From positions 952,902 through 1,016,901 of the forward strand of contig JAKVOB010000001.1 in NCBI GenBank assembly GCA_022483015.1: 64,000 nucleotides of DNA. Reading direction: 5' to 3'. Each line of letters opens with the position of its first letter. The stretch's first letter is position 1. The position numbers were made by a program, and so were the translations under genes. The notes beneath the pieces are model-generated. The model was not told the DNA's origin, did no database searches, and saw only the letters and a list, made by a program, of their open reading frames with translations. Below are positions 1 through 9,030 of this stretch, piece after piece. The DNA comes from Atopobiaceae bacterium (lineage in GTDB: Bacteria > Actinomycetota > Coriobacteriia > Coriobacteriales > Atopobiaceae).

Positions 1-346
1 GGCCGGCAAGGGCGCCGAGGGGCAGGCGGGGACGGGTGCCGGCGGTCCCGGGAGCGCCGACGCCCCCAGGACCGGGGGCCCTGCACTGCGCTCCGGTGAG
101 GCGCGGGCCGGCGCCACCAGGGGAGCGGGAGGGAGGTCGCGCACGTCCGTCCTGCGCGCGACCCGCGCCAGGCATGCGGGGCATGCGACGAGAGCACGGG
201 GAGCATCGCGTGCCCTCGCGTCGCGGAGGGCGGCGAGTGCCGCAGCCGCCTCACGGGCGCAGGCAGCGGCCACCGGCGCGGCGGCCAAGGCGGGCGGCAC
301 CGCGGTCGCCGCGGCGGCACCGGCAGCGGCCGTCCCGGTCGCCGGC

Positions 347-1315
347 GTGCTCGCCGGCATCCTCGCGTTCGTGCTCGCCTCGGTGGTCGTCTCCCAGCTC
401 CTGGGATCGGTCTTCGGGTTCTGGGAGAACGAGGAGTCCAAGCGGTCGGTCGCGGGACTGCCTCCCTACATCACCTACTCGATGGTGGAGGAGGCCCTGC
501 GCTGCCAGGAGGAGTACGGGCACCCGGCGGGCTGCACCATCGCCCAGATCATCCTCGAGTCCGGGGTGGGCGACCACCTCTCGGGGCTCGCCACGCGGGA
601 CAACAACCTCTTCGGCATCAAGTGGGCCTCGAGCTTCGCCTCGTGCCCGGAGGTCACCGGCAAGGAGTCCTGGCAGACGGGCGAGGAATACGACGGGCAG
701 TCGGTGACCATCACCGACGCCTTCACGTGCTTCGCGTCGTACGAGGACTGCATCAGGTTCCGCTCGCGGGTGCTGCTGCAGAACAGCCGCTACGCCGACA
801 ACGCGCTCATCCGGCAGGCGATCTCCGAGCACAGCTCCGACCTCATGGCGGAGGGGCTCAAGGACGCCGGCTACGCGACGTCCTCCTCCTACGTCGACTC
901 GCTCAAGTCGGTCATGGACACCTACGGGCTCAGGCGCTTCGACGCGATGACCGTGGCCGACCTCGCCTCATCCACGTCCGCGGACGGGGGCACGGTGGTC
1001 GCGGCGGCCATGACCCAGCTCGGCACGCCGTACGTCTGGGGAGGGACGACGCCCTACGTCGGCCTCGACTGCTCGGGACTCACGCAGTGGTGCTACGCGC
1101 AAGCCGGCATCTCGATACCGAGGAACAGCGAGGACCAGCATGCCGCGGGGACGTCGGTCCCGCTCTCGGAGGCACGTGCCGGCGACATCCTCTGGAAGCC
1201 CGGCCACGTCGCCATCTACCTCGGCGGCAACTCGTACATACATGCACCGAAGCCCGGCGACCACGTGCGCGTGGCCGAGGGGATCAGCTACTTCACCTGC
1301 GCCGTCAGGTTCTAG
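347..1315 (+). CDS. Bifunctional peptidoglycan hydrolase (glucosaminidase/lysozyme-like domain + C-terminal NlpC/P60 endopeptidase), conjugation-associated (CwlT/Orf14-like)
   Basis: TM helix AGILAFVLASVVVSQLL. Muramidase/glucosaminidase-like AQIILESGVG...NNLFGIK. NlpC/P60-like YVWGG...GLDCSGL...GHVAIYLG. The frame is open back to nt 2 and 347 is only the first GTG, so the true start may lie left of the window. Confidence 0.85.
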   Translation: MLAGILAFVLASVVVSQLLGSVFGFWENEESKRSVAGLPPYITYSMVEEALRCQEEYGHPAGCTIAQIILESGVGDHLSGLATRDNNLFGIKWASSFASCPEVTGKESWQTGEEYDGQSVTITDAFTCFASYEDCIRFRSRVLLQNSRYADNALIRQAISEHSSDLMAEGLKDAGYATSSSYVDSLKSVMDTYGLRRFDAMTVADLASSTSADGGTVVAAAMTQLGTPYVWGGTTPYVGLDCSGLTQWCYAQAGISIPRNSEDQHAAGTSVPLSEARAGDILWKPGHVAIYLGGNSYIHAPKPGDHVRVAEGISYFTCAVRF

Positions 1316-1329
1316 ACGAAGGAGACCAC

Positions 1330-2043
1330 ATGGAACGGAAGAACAAGGTCATGGCCGTCGCGGCGGCAGGCGCCGTCGCGGTCCTCGTGCTCGCGAGCGT
1401 CGCGAGGTGCTCGGCGACGGGGCGGGCGGACGCGGCGGCAGCCACCGAGGCGGCCACGGGCGAGGCCGCCCAGCCCACGGCCGCCACCACCACCGAGACG
1501 CCCACGGCGACCGAGAGGCTGGCATCGCGCGAGTGGATGTCGCCGGACGACGCCGGCAGACGCATGACGCTCTCGGACGGCAGGCTGGTGGAGACGGACG
1601 GGACCAACACCTACACGTGCTCCTACGAGGTCGTCTCGGACGGCACGGGCGGATGCGAGCTCGACGTGCTCAGGGCCGACGGGAGCAGGGTCACCGCCGT
1701 CGTCACCGTCACGGGGTCGGGCGACGGCATGCGCGCGTCCTCGGACGCCTTCCAGGTGTCCCGGTCCTGGGTCCCCGCCCCCGAGGACGGCGGCACGGTG
1801 ACGGTCACGGGCGTCGACAGGGCGTACCTCGACCTGGTCGGGGGAGACGGGCCCGGGCTCGAGGCCGCCGTGGCCTCCTGGTGCTCGGCCCACGCGCTCG
1901 CGGCCAGCGAGGCCACGTTCGACGGGGAGGTCTACCTCGACACGAAGGCAGGCGACGTGACGGCGACGCTCACGTGCGACGACCCGGGCAGGACCATCCT
2001 GTCGGTCACCTGGTCCGACGGTGCGTTCTCGGTGGCAGGCTAG
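1330..2043 (+). CDS. Secreted protein or lipoprotein of unknown function (ICE)
   Basis: ATG 1330 lies 5 nt after GAAGGAG (1318-1324). Signal-peptide-like MAVAAAGAVAVLVLASVARCSATG with a possible lipobox Cys. Tightly packed between the hydrolase and the VirB6-like gene. Confidence 0.6.
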   Translation: MERKNKVMAVAAAGAVAVLVLASVARCSATGRADAAAATEAATGEAAQPTAATTTETPTATERLASREWMSPDDAGRRMTLSDGRLVETDGTNTYTCSYEVVSDGTGGCELDVLRADGSRVTAVVTVTGSGDGMRASSDAFQVSRSWVPAPEDGGTVTVTGVDRAYLDLVGGDGPGLEAAVASWCSAHALAASEATFDGEVYLDTKAGDVTATLTCDDPGRTILSVTWSDGAFSVAG

Positions 2044-2045
2044 CC

Positions 2046-3044
2046 ATGGGGGCCATGACCGCACGTGCGACCCGCATGAGGGTCGCGCTCACCGCGACGC
2101 TCACGTTCGCCGTCCTCGCGTGCCTCCTCGCGCCGACCCCCGCCTGGGCGTCGATCGCGGACGACATCAACTCGTGGATGTGCGGGGTCCTGCGCGACAC
2201 CTGCAACTGGATATTCGGGGCCCAGGCCGACGTGCTGGGGTCGATCGGGGTGGACGGGGTGCTCTCGAAGCCCTTCGACCAGATGCTCGGCACGGCCGGC
2301 GGGACCACGCTCCACGACATGGCCCACGGCGTGTGGGAGACGGCGGTCCTGCCGATCGGCTGCGGGGTCCTGTCACTGGTCTTCACCATCCAACTCATCC
2401 ACGTGTCCCAGCGCATGGACGGCAACGCGAGCATGCCAGGGGTGCGCGAGGTCGTGTTCCTGCTCGTGTTCTTCGCCGTCTTCCTCTTCCTGGTGCAGCA
2501 CTCCTTCGACCTCATGGGTGCGCTCTACGAGGTCGTGCGGCTCGCAATCACCAGGACCACGTCGCTGTTCGGGGCGGGCGGCGCCATGGACCTCGACGCG
2601 GTGAGCATCGTCACAACGGAGGACGACGTCGCGGCCCTCCTCGCGATGATCGTGGTCGCGCTGGTGAGCTGGCTGGTGGTGCTCGTCGCCTACGTGGTCG
2701 CGCTCGTGGTCACGTGGGCGCGGGCGATCCAGCTCTACCTCATGGCGGCCCTGAGCCCGATCCCGCTCTCGCTCATCTCGCTCGAGGAGACCCGGCAGAT
2801 GGGCGTGGGCTACCTCAAGCACTTCGCCGCCGTGTGCCTCGCGGGCCTGATCGTGGTCGTCCTGCTCATCTCGTTCCCCGTGGTGCTCGGCGGCCTCAAC
2901 GCCGCGAGCGCCGGCACCGGGACGGCCGTGGACTCGGTCGTGGGCGGCCTCAGCTACGCACTGCAGTACCTCGCCATGTGCATCCTGCTCATCCTCTCGC
3001 TCGTCAAGAGCGGGGCATGGGCCAGGGACGTGCTCGGCGGCTAG
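2046..3044 (+). CDS. Polytopic membrane protein, TrbL/VirB6-like conjugal transfer component
   Basis: Signal peptide (LLAPTPAWASIADD) followed by at least 5 long hydrophobic helices. The start is 2 nt after the upstream stop. The position is typical of Gram-positive T4SS clusters. Assignment is by architecture, not motif. Confidence 0.65.
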   Translation: MGAMTARATRMRVALTATLTFAVLACLLAPTPAWASIADDINSWMCGVLRDTCNWIFGAQADVLGSIGVDGVLSKPFDQMLGTAGGTTLHDMAHGVWETAVLPIGCGVLSLVFTIQLIHVSQRMDGNASMPGVREVVFLLVFFAVFLFLVQHSFDLMGALYEVVRLAITRTTSLFGAGGAMDLDAVSIVTTEDDVAALLAMIVVALVSWLVVLVAYVVALVVTWARAIQLYLMAALSPIPLSLISLEETRQMGVGYLKHFAAVCLAGLIVVVLLISFPVVLGGLNAASAGTGTAVDSVVGGLSYALQYLAMCILLILSLVKSGAWARDVLGG

Positions 3045-3100
3045 ACATACCTGCCGACAAGGGCCCCGCCGGGGCCCCGGAGAAGAAGGGAGCAAGACAG

Positions 3101-3589
3101 ATGGCAGAAGGGGAGAGGGAGAAGGTCTACCTGACCTTCCACAGGAGCTTCGTGAGGGAGCACATAGGCTACACGGACGCCCTCACGGGCGAGGAGCGCA
3201 CGTTCAACGTGGTGACGGTCCCACCGGGCACCGTCATCGACGGGAGGGACATGGGCGGCTGGGAGTTCAGCCCCCTGTTCGTGAACCCCTCGCGCTACAA
3301 GGGCGAGGACTTCCGGGACGTGCCCCTGCTCGCGGACCGGGAGGTGTGGCTCCGTCGAGACGTCCTAGACGCAGACGGCAACCCCATGCCCGACGGCAAC
3401 GGCAGGAACGAGCGGGAGACCGTCAAGGTCATGCCGTCCGCCATCAGGCAGGCGATGGCGGAGGAGCGGGCCGCATGGGCCAGGGAGCACGCGACGGACA
3501 GGACGCTGGGCGAGAGGGCCCAGGAGGCACGGTCGGCATCCGACGTGATGGCGGGCACGCAGGTGCCCGCCGGGACACAGGAGAGGTAG
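3101..3589 (+). CDS. Hypothetical ICE protein (162 aa)
   Basis: ATG 3101 after AGAAGAAGGGAG. Coherent non-low-complexity translation (MAEGEREKVYLTFHRSFVREHIGYTDALTGEERTF...). The stop is 5 nt before the adhesin start. Confidence 0.55.
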   Translation: MAEGEREKVYLTFHRSFVREHIGYTDALTGEERTFNVVTVPPGTVIDGRDMGGWEFSPLFVNPSRYKGEDFRDVPLLADREVWLRRDVLDADGNPMPDGNGRNERETVKVMPSAIRQAMAEERAAWAREHATDRTLGERAQEARSASDVMAGTQVPAGTQER

Positions 3590-3594
3590 GGAGC

Positions 3595-6500
3595 ATGTCA
3601 TCAAAGGGAAGAGGGGCGGCCGAGGCCGTCCGCAGGCACGTGAGAGGGGCGTTGCGCGGCGGCACCGCGGCACGGGTGGCCGTCGTCATGGCGGCCGTCG
3701 CATGCCTGGTGGGGCAGACCCTGGGCGTCTCGGGGGCCACGCCCGCGCTCGCGCAGGGAGAGCAGGCGTCCTACTACAACGACCACGGGGGAGACGTGGG
3801 GCCGTACGAGGCATCGAGCTTCGGCTGCTACCAGAGGACGGACGACGGGTCCGACTCCGGGGTGGCCTACTGCATGGACGGCGAGAAGCACGGGCCAAAC
3901 GCCGAGGTCACATACACGAGCGAGGGCGGCTCGGACACCGTGCTCAGCTACCTCGTCGCCTATGGCTACCCCAACGGGACGACGATCTGCGGCCGCACGC
4001 TCAGCGCCGGCGAGGCGAGGTCCGTGACGCAGATCGCGATCTGGTACCACCGTGGCTACGACCTCACGGCCCAGGGGCTCTCCGGGGAGAGGCTCGACCT
4101 CGCGCAGCTGGGGATACGGTTCTGCCAGGAGGCCGAGGCCTACGAGGCCTCCGGCGGGGCCAACCTCGGGTGCGGCACGGTCTGGTACGCCAACGACTCG
4201 AGCCAGCGCATGCTCCTCACCTCCGAGGCCAAGGGTGGCGTGGAGCTCACCAAGTCCTCGGCCAACCACGAGGTGACGGACGCCAACGGGAGCTACTCGC
4301 TGGCTGGTGCGGTCTACACCGTCTACTCGGACGCGGCATGCACCAAGGCGGTCGCGACCATCACCACCGACGCGGCCGGGAGGGGGTCGGCCTCCGGGCT
4401 CGTCCAGGGGAGCTACTGGGCGAAGGAGACCACGCCAGCGAGCAACTACGCGCTCTCGGGCGACGTCATAGCCTTCAAGGTGGCCGGCGGCCAGGTCACC
4501 CAGGTCGCCGCCGAGGACGCGCCCCAGGTGAACGACCTCGGGACCGTCCTCGCCAAGCTCGACGCCGAGACCGGCAGGGCCTCCGCGCTCGGTGCCGGCA
4601 CGCTGGGCGGCGCCACCTTCGAGGTCGGCTACTACGACGGCCAGTACGACGCAGAGAGCCTCCCGCCCAAGGCGACGCGCACCTGGACCGTGACCACCGA
4701 GACGGACGGCACGGCCGACCTCTCGTCCGCCAAGGGCGACGCGCTCTACCACGACGCGGCCGGCAGGGCCTGCGTCCCCGTGGGCACCGTCACCGTCCGC
4801 GAGACGGCGGCACCCGAGGGCTACCTCGCCACCGGCGGGACGCAGGTCGCGCACGTGACCTCGTCTGGCACCGCCGAGCTCGTCTCGGCCTACGTCGCGC
4901 CGAAGGTCCCGGAGCAGGTCAAGCGCGGCGACCTGTCGCTCGTCAAGGTCCGCGAGGGCAGCATGGCCCGCCTTGCCGGCGTGCCGTTCCTCATCACGTC
5001 CAAGAGCACCGGCGAGGCCCACGTGGTCGTGACCGACGCCAACGGCGAGGCCAGCACCTCGTCGTCCTGGAACGCCCACACCTCGGGCACCAACTCGAAC
5101 GACGACGCGACCACAGGTGCCGCCACCTCCGCCGCGGCGGGGGTGTGGTTCTCGGGGAGCACCTCGCAGGCCACCGCGGCGGACGACTCCAAGGGGGCGC
5201 TGCCCTACGACACCTACTCCGTGACCGAGCTCCGCTGCGAGGCGAACGAGGGGCTCGACCTCGTGAGCTTCGACGTCACGGTCACCCGTGACGCCACGTG
5301 CGTCAACGGCGGCACCGTCGACGACCAGGAGGGCCCGGCCATCGCCACCACCCTCACGGGGGAGGGTGGCGAGCACATGGCCCAGGCCGACGCCACGGCC
5401 ACGCTCACCGACACGGTCGAGTACGAGAACCTCACGGTCGGCAGGGAGTACGAGCTAACGGGAACCCTCATGGACCGCTCCACGGGCAAGGCCGTGACCG
5501 ACGCGGATGGCGACGCCGTCACGGCGACCACCACGTTCACCCCGCGGCTCTCCACGGGCACGACGACCGTCACCTTCGAGCTCGACACGTCGGCACTCGC
5601 CGGCCGCTCGGTCGTCGCGTTCGAGAGCCTGACCCTCGACGGGAAGGTCGTGGCCACCCACGCCGACATCGACGACGACTGGCAGACCGTGGACATCCCG
5701 AAGGTCGGGACCACGGCCACGGACGCCGAGGACGGCGCCCACGACGCCTGTGCCGACGGGGACGTCACCCTCGAGGACGTCGTGGCCTACGAGAACCTCG
5801 TCCCGGGCAAGGAGTACCAGATCACCGGCACCCTCATGGACAAGGGGACCGGCGAGGAGGTCACGGGTCCCGACGGCGAGCCCGTCACCTCGACCACCAC
5901 GTTCACGCCCGAGGCGCCGTCCGGCAGCGAGACCGTGACCTTCAGGTTCGACCCGAGCCTCATGGCCGGCCGAACGGTGGTCGCCTTCGAGGAGCTCACG
6001 CACGAGGGCCGCACGTACGCGGTCCACGCCGACATCGACGACGAGGGGCAGAGCGTGACGTTCCCCAAGGTGTCGACCACCGCGACCGACGCGGCCGACG
6101 GCGACAAGCTCGTCGACGCCACCGAGGGTGGCGAGGTCGTCGACGTGGTCTCCTACGAGGGCGTCACGCCCGGCAAGGCCTACGTCGTGTCCGGCACCCT
6201 GGTCGACTCCGGGACGGGCGACGTGCTCTCCACCGGCACCACGGAGCTCGTCCCCGACGGGGAGTCGGGCACCTGCGAGGTCAGGTTCGAGGTGGATGCG
6301 ACCGGCATGGAGGGCCGCTCCCTCGTCTGCACCGAGGAGCTGAGCCGCGGCGGCAAGGTCGTGGCCACGCACGCGGACCTCTCCGACGAGGGGCAGACCG
6401 TGGGCGTGCCCGCCATCGGCACGACGGCCACCGACGCGGCCGACGGCGACCACGAGGCCGAGGCCTCCGCCGAGGTCACCATCGTCGACACGGTCGAGTA

Positions 6501-6942
6501 CTCGGGGCTCGTCCCCGGGCGCGAGTACGAGGTCACGGGGACGCTCGTGGACAAGGGGACGGGCGGTGACGTGACAGGTGCTGACGGCGGCAAGGTCACC
6601 TCGTCGGCGACGTTCACGCCGGAGGCCACCGAGGGCACCGTGGACGTCACCTTCACCTTCGACGGCACGTCCCTGGCCGGCCACGACGTGGTCGCCTTCG
6701 AGACCGTCACGCACGAGGGCCGCGTGGTGGCCACGCATGCGGACCTGTCCGACGAGGGACAGACCGTGGGCATCGTCGAGGTGCCGGTCGTCCCAACGGA
6801 GGGCCTCCCCAAGACCGGCGACGAGGGGCTCCCGCTCGTCCCGGCCGCCGCGCTGGCGCCCTGCGCGGTCGGTGCCGTCGCGGGCTCGTGGGCCCTCCGA
6901 CGTCACGTGGCCCGCGACAGGGGAGGTGAGGGGGATGAGTAA
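3595..6942 (+). CDS. LPXTG-anchored surface adhesin with N-terminal thioester (TQXA-type) domain, Cna-B/SpaA-like domains and four VaFE-type ester-bond repeats
   Basis: Signal peptide. Cys in GVAYCMDGEKHGP (TGC 3871-3873) and Gln in SVTQIAIWYH (CAG 4030-4032). Repeats contain VVAFE and HxDxxDxxQ. LPKTG (6805-6819) is followed by a hydrophobic stretch and a basic tail. Confidence 0.9.
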   Translation: MSSKGRGAAEAVRRHVRGALRGGTAARVAVVMAAVACLVGQTLGVSGATPALAQGEQASYYNDHGGDVGPYEASSFGCYQRTDDGSDSGVAYCMDGEKHGPNAEVTYTSEGGSDTVLSYLVAYGYPNGTTICGRTLSAGEARSVTQIAIWYHRGYDLTAQGLSGERLDLAQLGIRFCQEAEAYEASGGANLGCGTVWYANDSSQRMLLTSEAKGGVELTKSSANHEVTDANGSYSLAGAVYTVYSDAACTKAVATITTDAAGRGSASGLVQGSYWAKETTPASNYALSGDVIAFKVAGGQVTQVAAEDAPQVNDLGTVLAKLDAETGRASALGAGTLGGATFEVGYYDGQYDAESLPPKATRTWTVTTETDGTADLSSAKGDALYHDAAGRACVPVGTVTVRETAAPEGYLATGGTQVAHVTSSGTAELVSAYVAPKVPEQVKRGDLSLVKVREGSMARLAGVPFLITSKSTGEAHVVVTDANGEASTSSSWNAHTSGTNSNDDATTGAATSAAAGVWFSGSTSQATAADDSKGALPYDTYSVTELRCEANEGLDLVSFDVTVTRDATCVNGGTVDDQEGPAIATTLTGEGGEHMAQADATATLTDTVEYENLTVGREYELTGTLMDRSTGKAVTDADGDAVTATTTFTPRLSTGTTTVTFELDTSALAGRSVVAFESLTLDGKVVATHADIDDDWQTVDIPKVGTTATDAEDGAHDACADGDVTLEDVVAYENLVPGKEYQITGTLMDKGTGEEVTGPDGEPVTSTTTFTPEAPSGSETVTFRFDPSLMAGRTVVAFEELTHEGRTYAVHADIDDEGQSVTFPKVSTTATDAADGDKLVDATEGGEVVDVVSYEGVTPGKAYVVSGTLVDSGTGDVLSTGTTELVPDGESGTCEVRFEVDATGMEGRSLVCTEELSRGGKVVATHADLSDEGQTVGVPAIGTTATDAADGDHEAEASAEVTIVDTVEYSGLVPGREYEVTGTLVDKGTGGDVTGADGGKVTSSATFTPEATEGTVDVTFTFDGTSLAGHDVVAFETVTHEGRVVATHADLSDEGQTVGIVEVPVVPTEGLPKTGDEGLPLVPAAALAPCAVGAVAGSWALRRHVARDRGGEGDE
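5341..6783 (+). repeat. Four tandem ~120-aa (~360-nt) intragenic VaFE/ester-bond domain repeats
   Basis: Each unit runs (G/S)TTATDA...V(E/S)YE(N/G)L.PG.EY...GTL.D..TG...VVAFE.L...G..VA.HAD..D.(G/W)Q.V. Boundaries are approximately 5341/5707/6070/6421/6783. Confidence 0.85.
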
Positions 6943-7057
6943 CCCCTACGCCACGCTCGCCTGGTTCTTCGGCGGGCAGTTCGTGGCCTGCGTATGGATC
7001 TTCACGTACGCATGTTGCAGGGCGTCCGCGATCGCGGACGGCCCTGGCAGGGAGTGA
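6935..7057 (+). CDS. Possible 40-aa small membrane protein (MSNPYATLAWFFGGQFVACVWIFTYACCRASAIADGPGRE)
   Basis: The ATG overlaps the adhesin stop (GGGGATGAGTAA). GGAGG lies 8 nt upstream. One hydrophobic helix. Followed by the hairpin at 7063-7094. Below the ORF-track size cutoff as an independent ORF. Confidence 0.35.
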   Translation: MSNPYATLAWFFGGQFVACVWIFTYACCRASAIADGPGRE

Positions 7058-7062
7058 CGACA

Positions 7063-7094
7063 GGAGGGGGCGGGCACAATCGCCCGCCCCCTCC
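7063..7094 (+). terminator. GC-rich stem-loop after the adhesin operon
   Basis: GGAGGGGGCGGGC-acaatc-GCCCGCCCCCTCC, a 13-bp perfect stem. There is no U-tract, which is common in high-GC Gram-positives. Confidence 0.55.
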
Positions 7095-7126
7095 GCTTAT
7101 CGGGCGGTTGACCGAGGGAGGATGGC

Positions 7127-8251
7127 ATGGCGAAGGGCAGGGGAGGGGCGAACGACGCGATCGCGGAGGGCCGTGCGGAGGTCGTCTCGCAGATAGCGGA
7201 GGCCATGGAGAGGGACGGGCTCGCGTGGGCGGCCGAGTGGAAGGGATGCTGGTCGCCGACGAACCCCACGACTGGGAGGGCCTATCGCGGCCTCAACAGG
7301 GTCTCCCTCGCTGCGGCGATGCACCACGGAGGCTTCGAGGATCCGCGCTGGTGCACGTTCAACCAGATACGGGGCGCCGGGTGGCACGTGGAGCGTGGCG
7401 CCAAGGCCACGGGCTCAGTGGAGTTCTGGAGCTGGTACGTGCCGACCAAGCGCTTCGGCGGGACGCGTGTCGTGACGCTCCAGAGGGCCGAGCAGCTCGT
7501 GCGGGACGGCAGGCTCCCAGAGGAGGCCCTCGGCGGCGCGTTCCTGAGTGGCAGGCTACACCACGTGTTCAACGGATCGCAGATCGTGGGGATAGGGCCC
7601 TTCGACGTGAGCGCCCATGCATCTGCGTCTTCCGAGGTCGAGCGTATAGCCGACGAGTTCATAGCGTCATCACGGTGTCCCGTGGCAGAGGTCGCGGGGG
7701 ACAGGGCCTTCTACCGCCCCTCCGAGGACAGGATCTACCTGCCGAGGCGTGCGCAGTTCACGACCATGGACGGCTTCGCGAGGACGGCGCTCCACGAGAT
7801 GTGCCACTCGACGGCACGTGAGGTGGGCCGTGAGGTCGAGCGGGGGCGGGAGGGATATGCGCGCGAGGAGCTCGTGGCCGAGCTGGGGAGCGTGTTCGCC
7901 GCAGCGGACGCCGGGCTCGACATGGGGGCCTTCGCCAACGCCGACATGGGGCAGACGTTCCTCGAGAACCATGCCGCCTACCTCAGGAGCTGGCTCGGTG
8001 CGATAAAGGACGACCCAGAGGCGCTCGCGAGGGCGGCGACGGCCGCGAGCAAGGCCGCGAGCTACGTCGGGGATAGGAGGGAGGGTCTGCTCGAGGAGCG
8101 CACGAGGGCCATCGCCCTGGATGCCAGGCAGGCCGTGCCAACCGATGTGAGGTCGCTCTCCGAGCGCGCCGGGACCGCGCGGGCTGCGGGCGGGCCCGTC
8201 CATGCGGGACCGTGCCGCGCCATGGGGGAGCCAGGGCCGCTTGAGCCTTGA
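7127..8251 (+). CDS. ardC: ArdC-like antirestriction protein (N-terminal ssDNA-binding domain + C-terminal zincin metallopeptidase)
   Basis: N-terminal region typical of ArdC/DUF1738 (GLNRVSLAAAMHHGGFEDPRWCTFNQIRGAGWHVERG). HExxH motif HEMCH at 7793-7807. Located in a conjugative element. Confidence 0.85.
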   Translation: MAKGRGGANDAIAEGRAEVVSQIAEAMERDGLAWAAEWKGCWSPTNPTTGRAYRGLNRVSLAAAMHHGGFEDPRWCTFNQIRGAGWHVERGAKATGSVEFWSWYVPTKRFGGTRVVTLQRAEQLVRDGRLPEEALGGAFLSGRLHHVFNGSQIVGIGPFDVSAHASASSEVERIADEFIASSRCPVAEVAGDRAFYRPSEDRIYLPRRAQFTTMDGFARTALHEMCHSTAREVGREVERGREGYAREELVAELGSVFAAADAGLDMGAFANADMGQTFLENHAAYLRSWLGAIKDDPEALARAATAASKAASYVGDRREGLLEERTRAIALDARQAVPTDVRSLSERAGTARAAGGPVHAGPCRAMGEPGPLEP

Positions 8252-8382
8252 CATCGACAGCGCGGCATCCCCGCCACGTCGATGCGGCGTTTCTCTAACA
8301 TGCAGGTGGACTAGCCAACAGGAGCCCCTCTGAAGGCTGGCTGCACTCTCGCTGAGCCAGGTGCCCACGGTTTCGGGCCCGC

Positions 8383-8490
8383 TCACATGACGAAGCGGAA
8401 CACCATCCGGAACAGCCAACGTATGAGCCTCATCATGACCAGGATCACCCCGAGAAGCACTCTCCCCAGAGTCCCCAACACCCTTCGCAT
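8383..8490 (-). CDS. Unannotated 35-aa hydrophobic, Arg-rich peptide (MRRVLGTLGRVLLGVILVMMRLIRWLFRMVFRFVM)
   Basis: Hand-translated. ATG at 8490 is preceded by GGAGGAG with a 4-nt spacer. It starts 30 nt after the stop of the 169-aa gene on the same strand. Below the ORF-track cutoff. Confidence 0.4.
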   Translation of the reverse strand: MRRVLGTLGRVLLGVILVMMRLIRWLFRMVFRFVM

Positions 8491-8520
8491 CGTCTCCTCC
8501 GTCTCCGGCCCTAGGACGGC

Positions 8521-9030
8521 TCAGATGATAGCGACGAGGTCGGACAGGTACTCGTAGCTCGACCGCGTCATGCCGAGCATGGCGCAGAGCTCCGTCTCGC
8601 CGTCCCGTGTGCCCAGGAGCTCCGGGTGCGCCTGACAGGCGAGATCGTGGAGCCAAGTCGCGAGCTGTGCGAGCGAGCCCCCGCCTGGGTGCCATGTCGC
8701 CCCAAGCTCTCGCAGGCGCTCCACGTCGGCGAGGTCGGGGCCGATGCGGAGCCACCTCGTGATCCCATCGATGGCCACGGAGAGCACCAGCGGGGCCTCC
8801 TCGTGCGAGATGAGCAGGAACGACCAGCCCCTGCGTCTCCTCGCGGTTGCACCGGTTTCCACGTCTCGGACGTCATAGCAGTCGGCGCAGAGGACCATGG
8901 AGCCGTCCTCGCGGAACGCGAGGGTGAAGTCGGCGAGCATGCTCTTCGCGGCAAAGGGCTCGGGCCTCGTGAACCTGTCGGTATCGAGGGACTCGAGCCT
9001 GCCGTCATCGTAGGAGACGTCGATCCTCAT
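8521..9030 (-). CDS. Hypothetical protein (169 aa), translationally coupled to the relaxase
   Basis: Its ATG overlaps the relaxase stop (ATGA overlap at 9027-9030). Non-repetitive translation. No recognisable motif. Confidence 0.6.
   Translation of the reverse strand: MRIDVSYDDGRLESLDTDRFTRPEPFAAKSMLADFTLAFREDGSMVLCADCYDVRDVETGATARRRRGWSFLLISHEEAPLVLSVAIDGITRWLRIGPDLADVERLRELGATWHPGGGSLAQLATWLHDLACQAHPELLGTRDGETELCAMLGMTRSSYEYLSDLVAII

Noticed and set aside
36-832. ORFs 36-707 (+) and 251-832 (-) at the left edge
   Set aside because: Their translations are Arg/Pro/Ser-rich junk. The frame carrying the peptidoglycan hydrolase is open through this region and explains the coding potential.
3601-6906. 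Long minus-strand ORFs (3601-5376, 5455-6906, 5214-5768, 6180-6812) antisense to the adhesin gene
   Set aside because: These are Arg/Gly/Asp/His-rich low-complexity translations lying entirely inside a well-supported + strand gene. They are typical shadow ORFs of GC-rich DNA.
7670-8755. 361-aa minus-strand ORF overlapping ardC
   Set aside because: It is a shadow ORF with an Arg/Pro/Gly-rich translation, and the opposite strand carries ArdC with its HEMCH motif.
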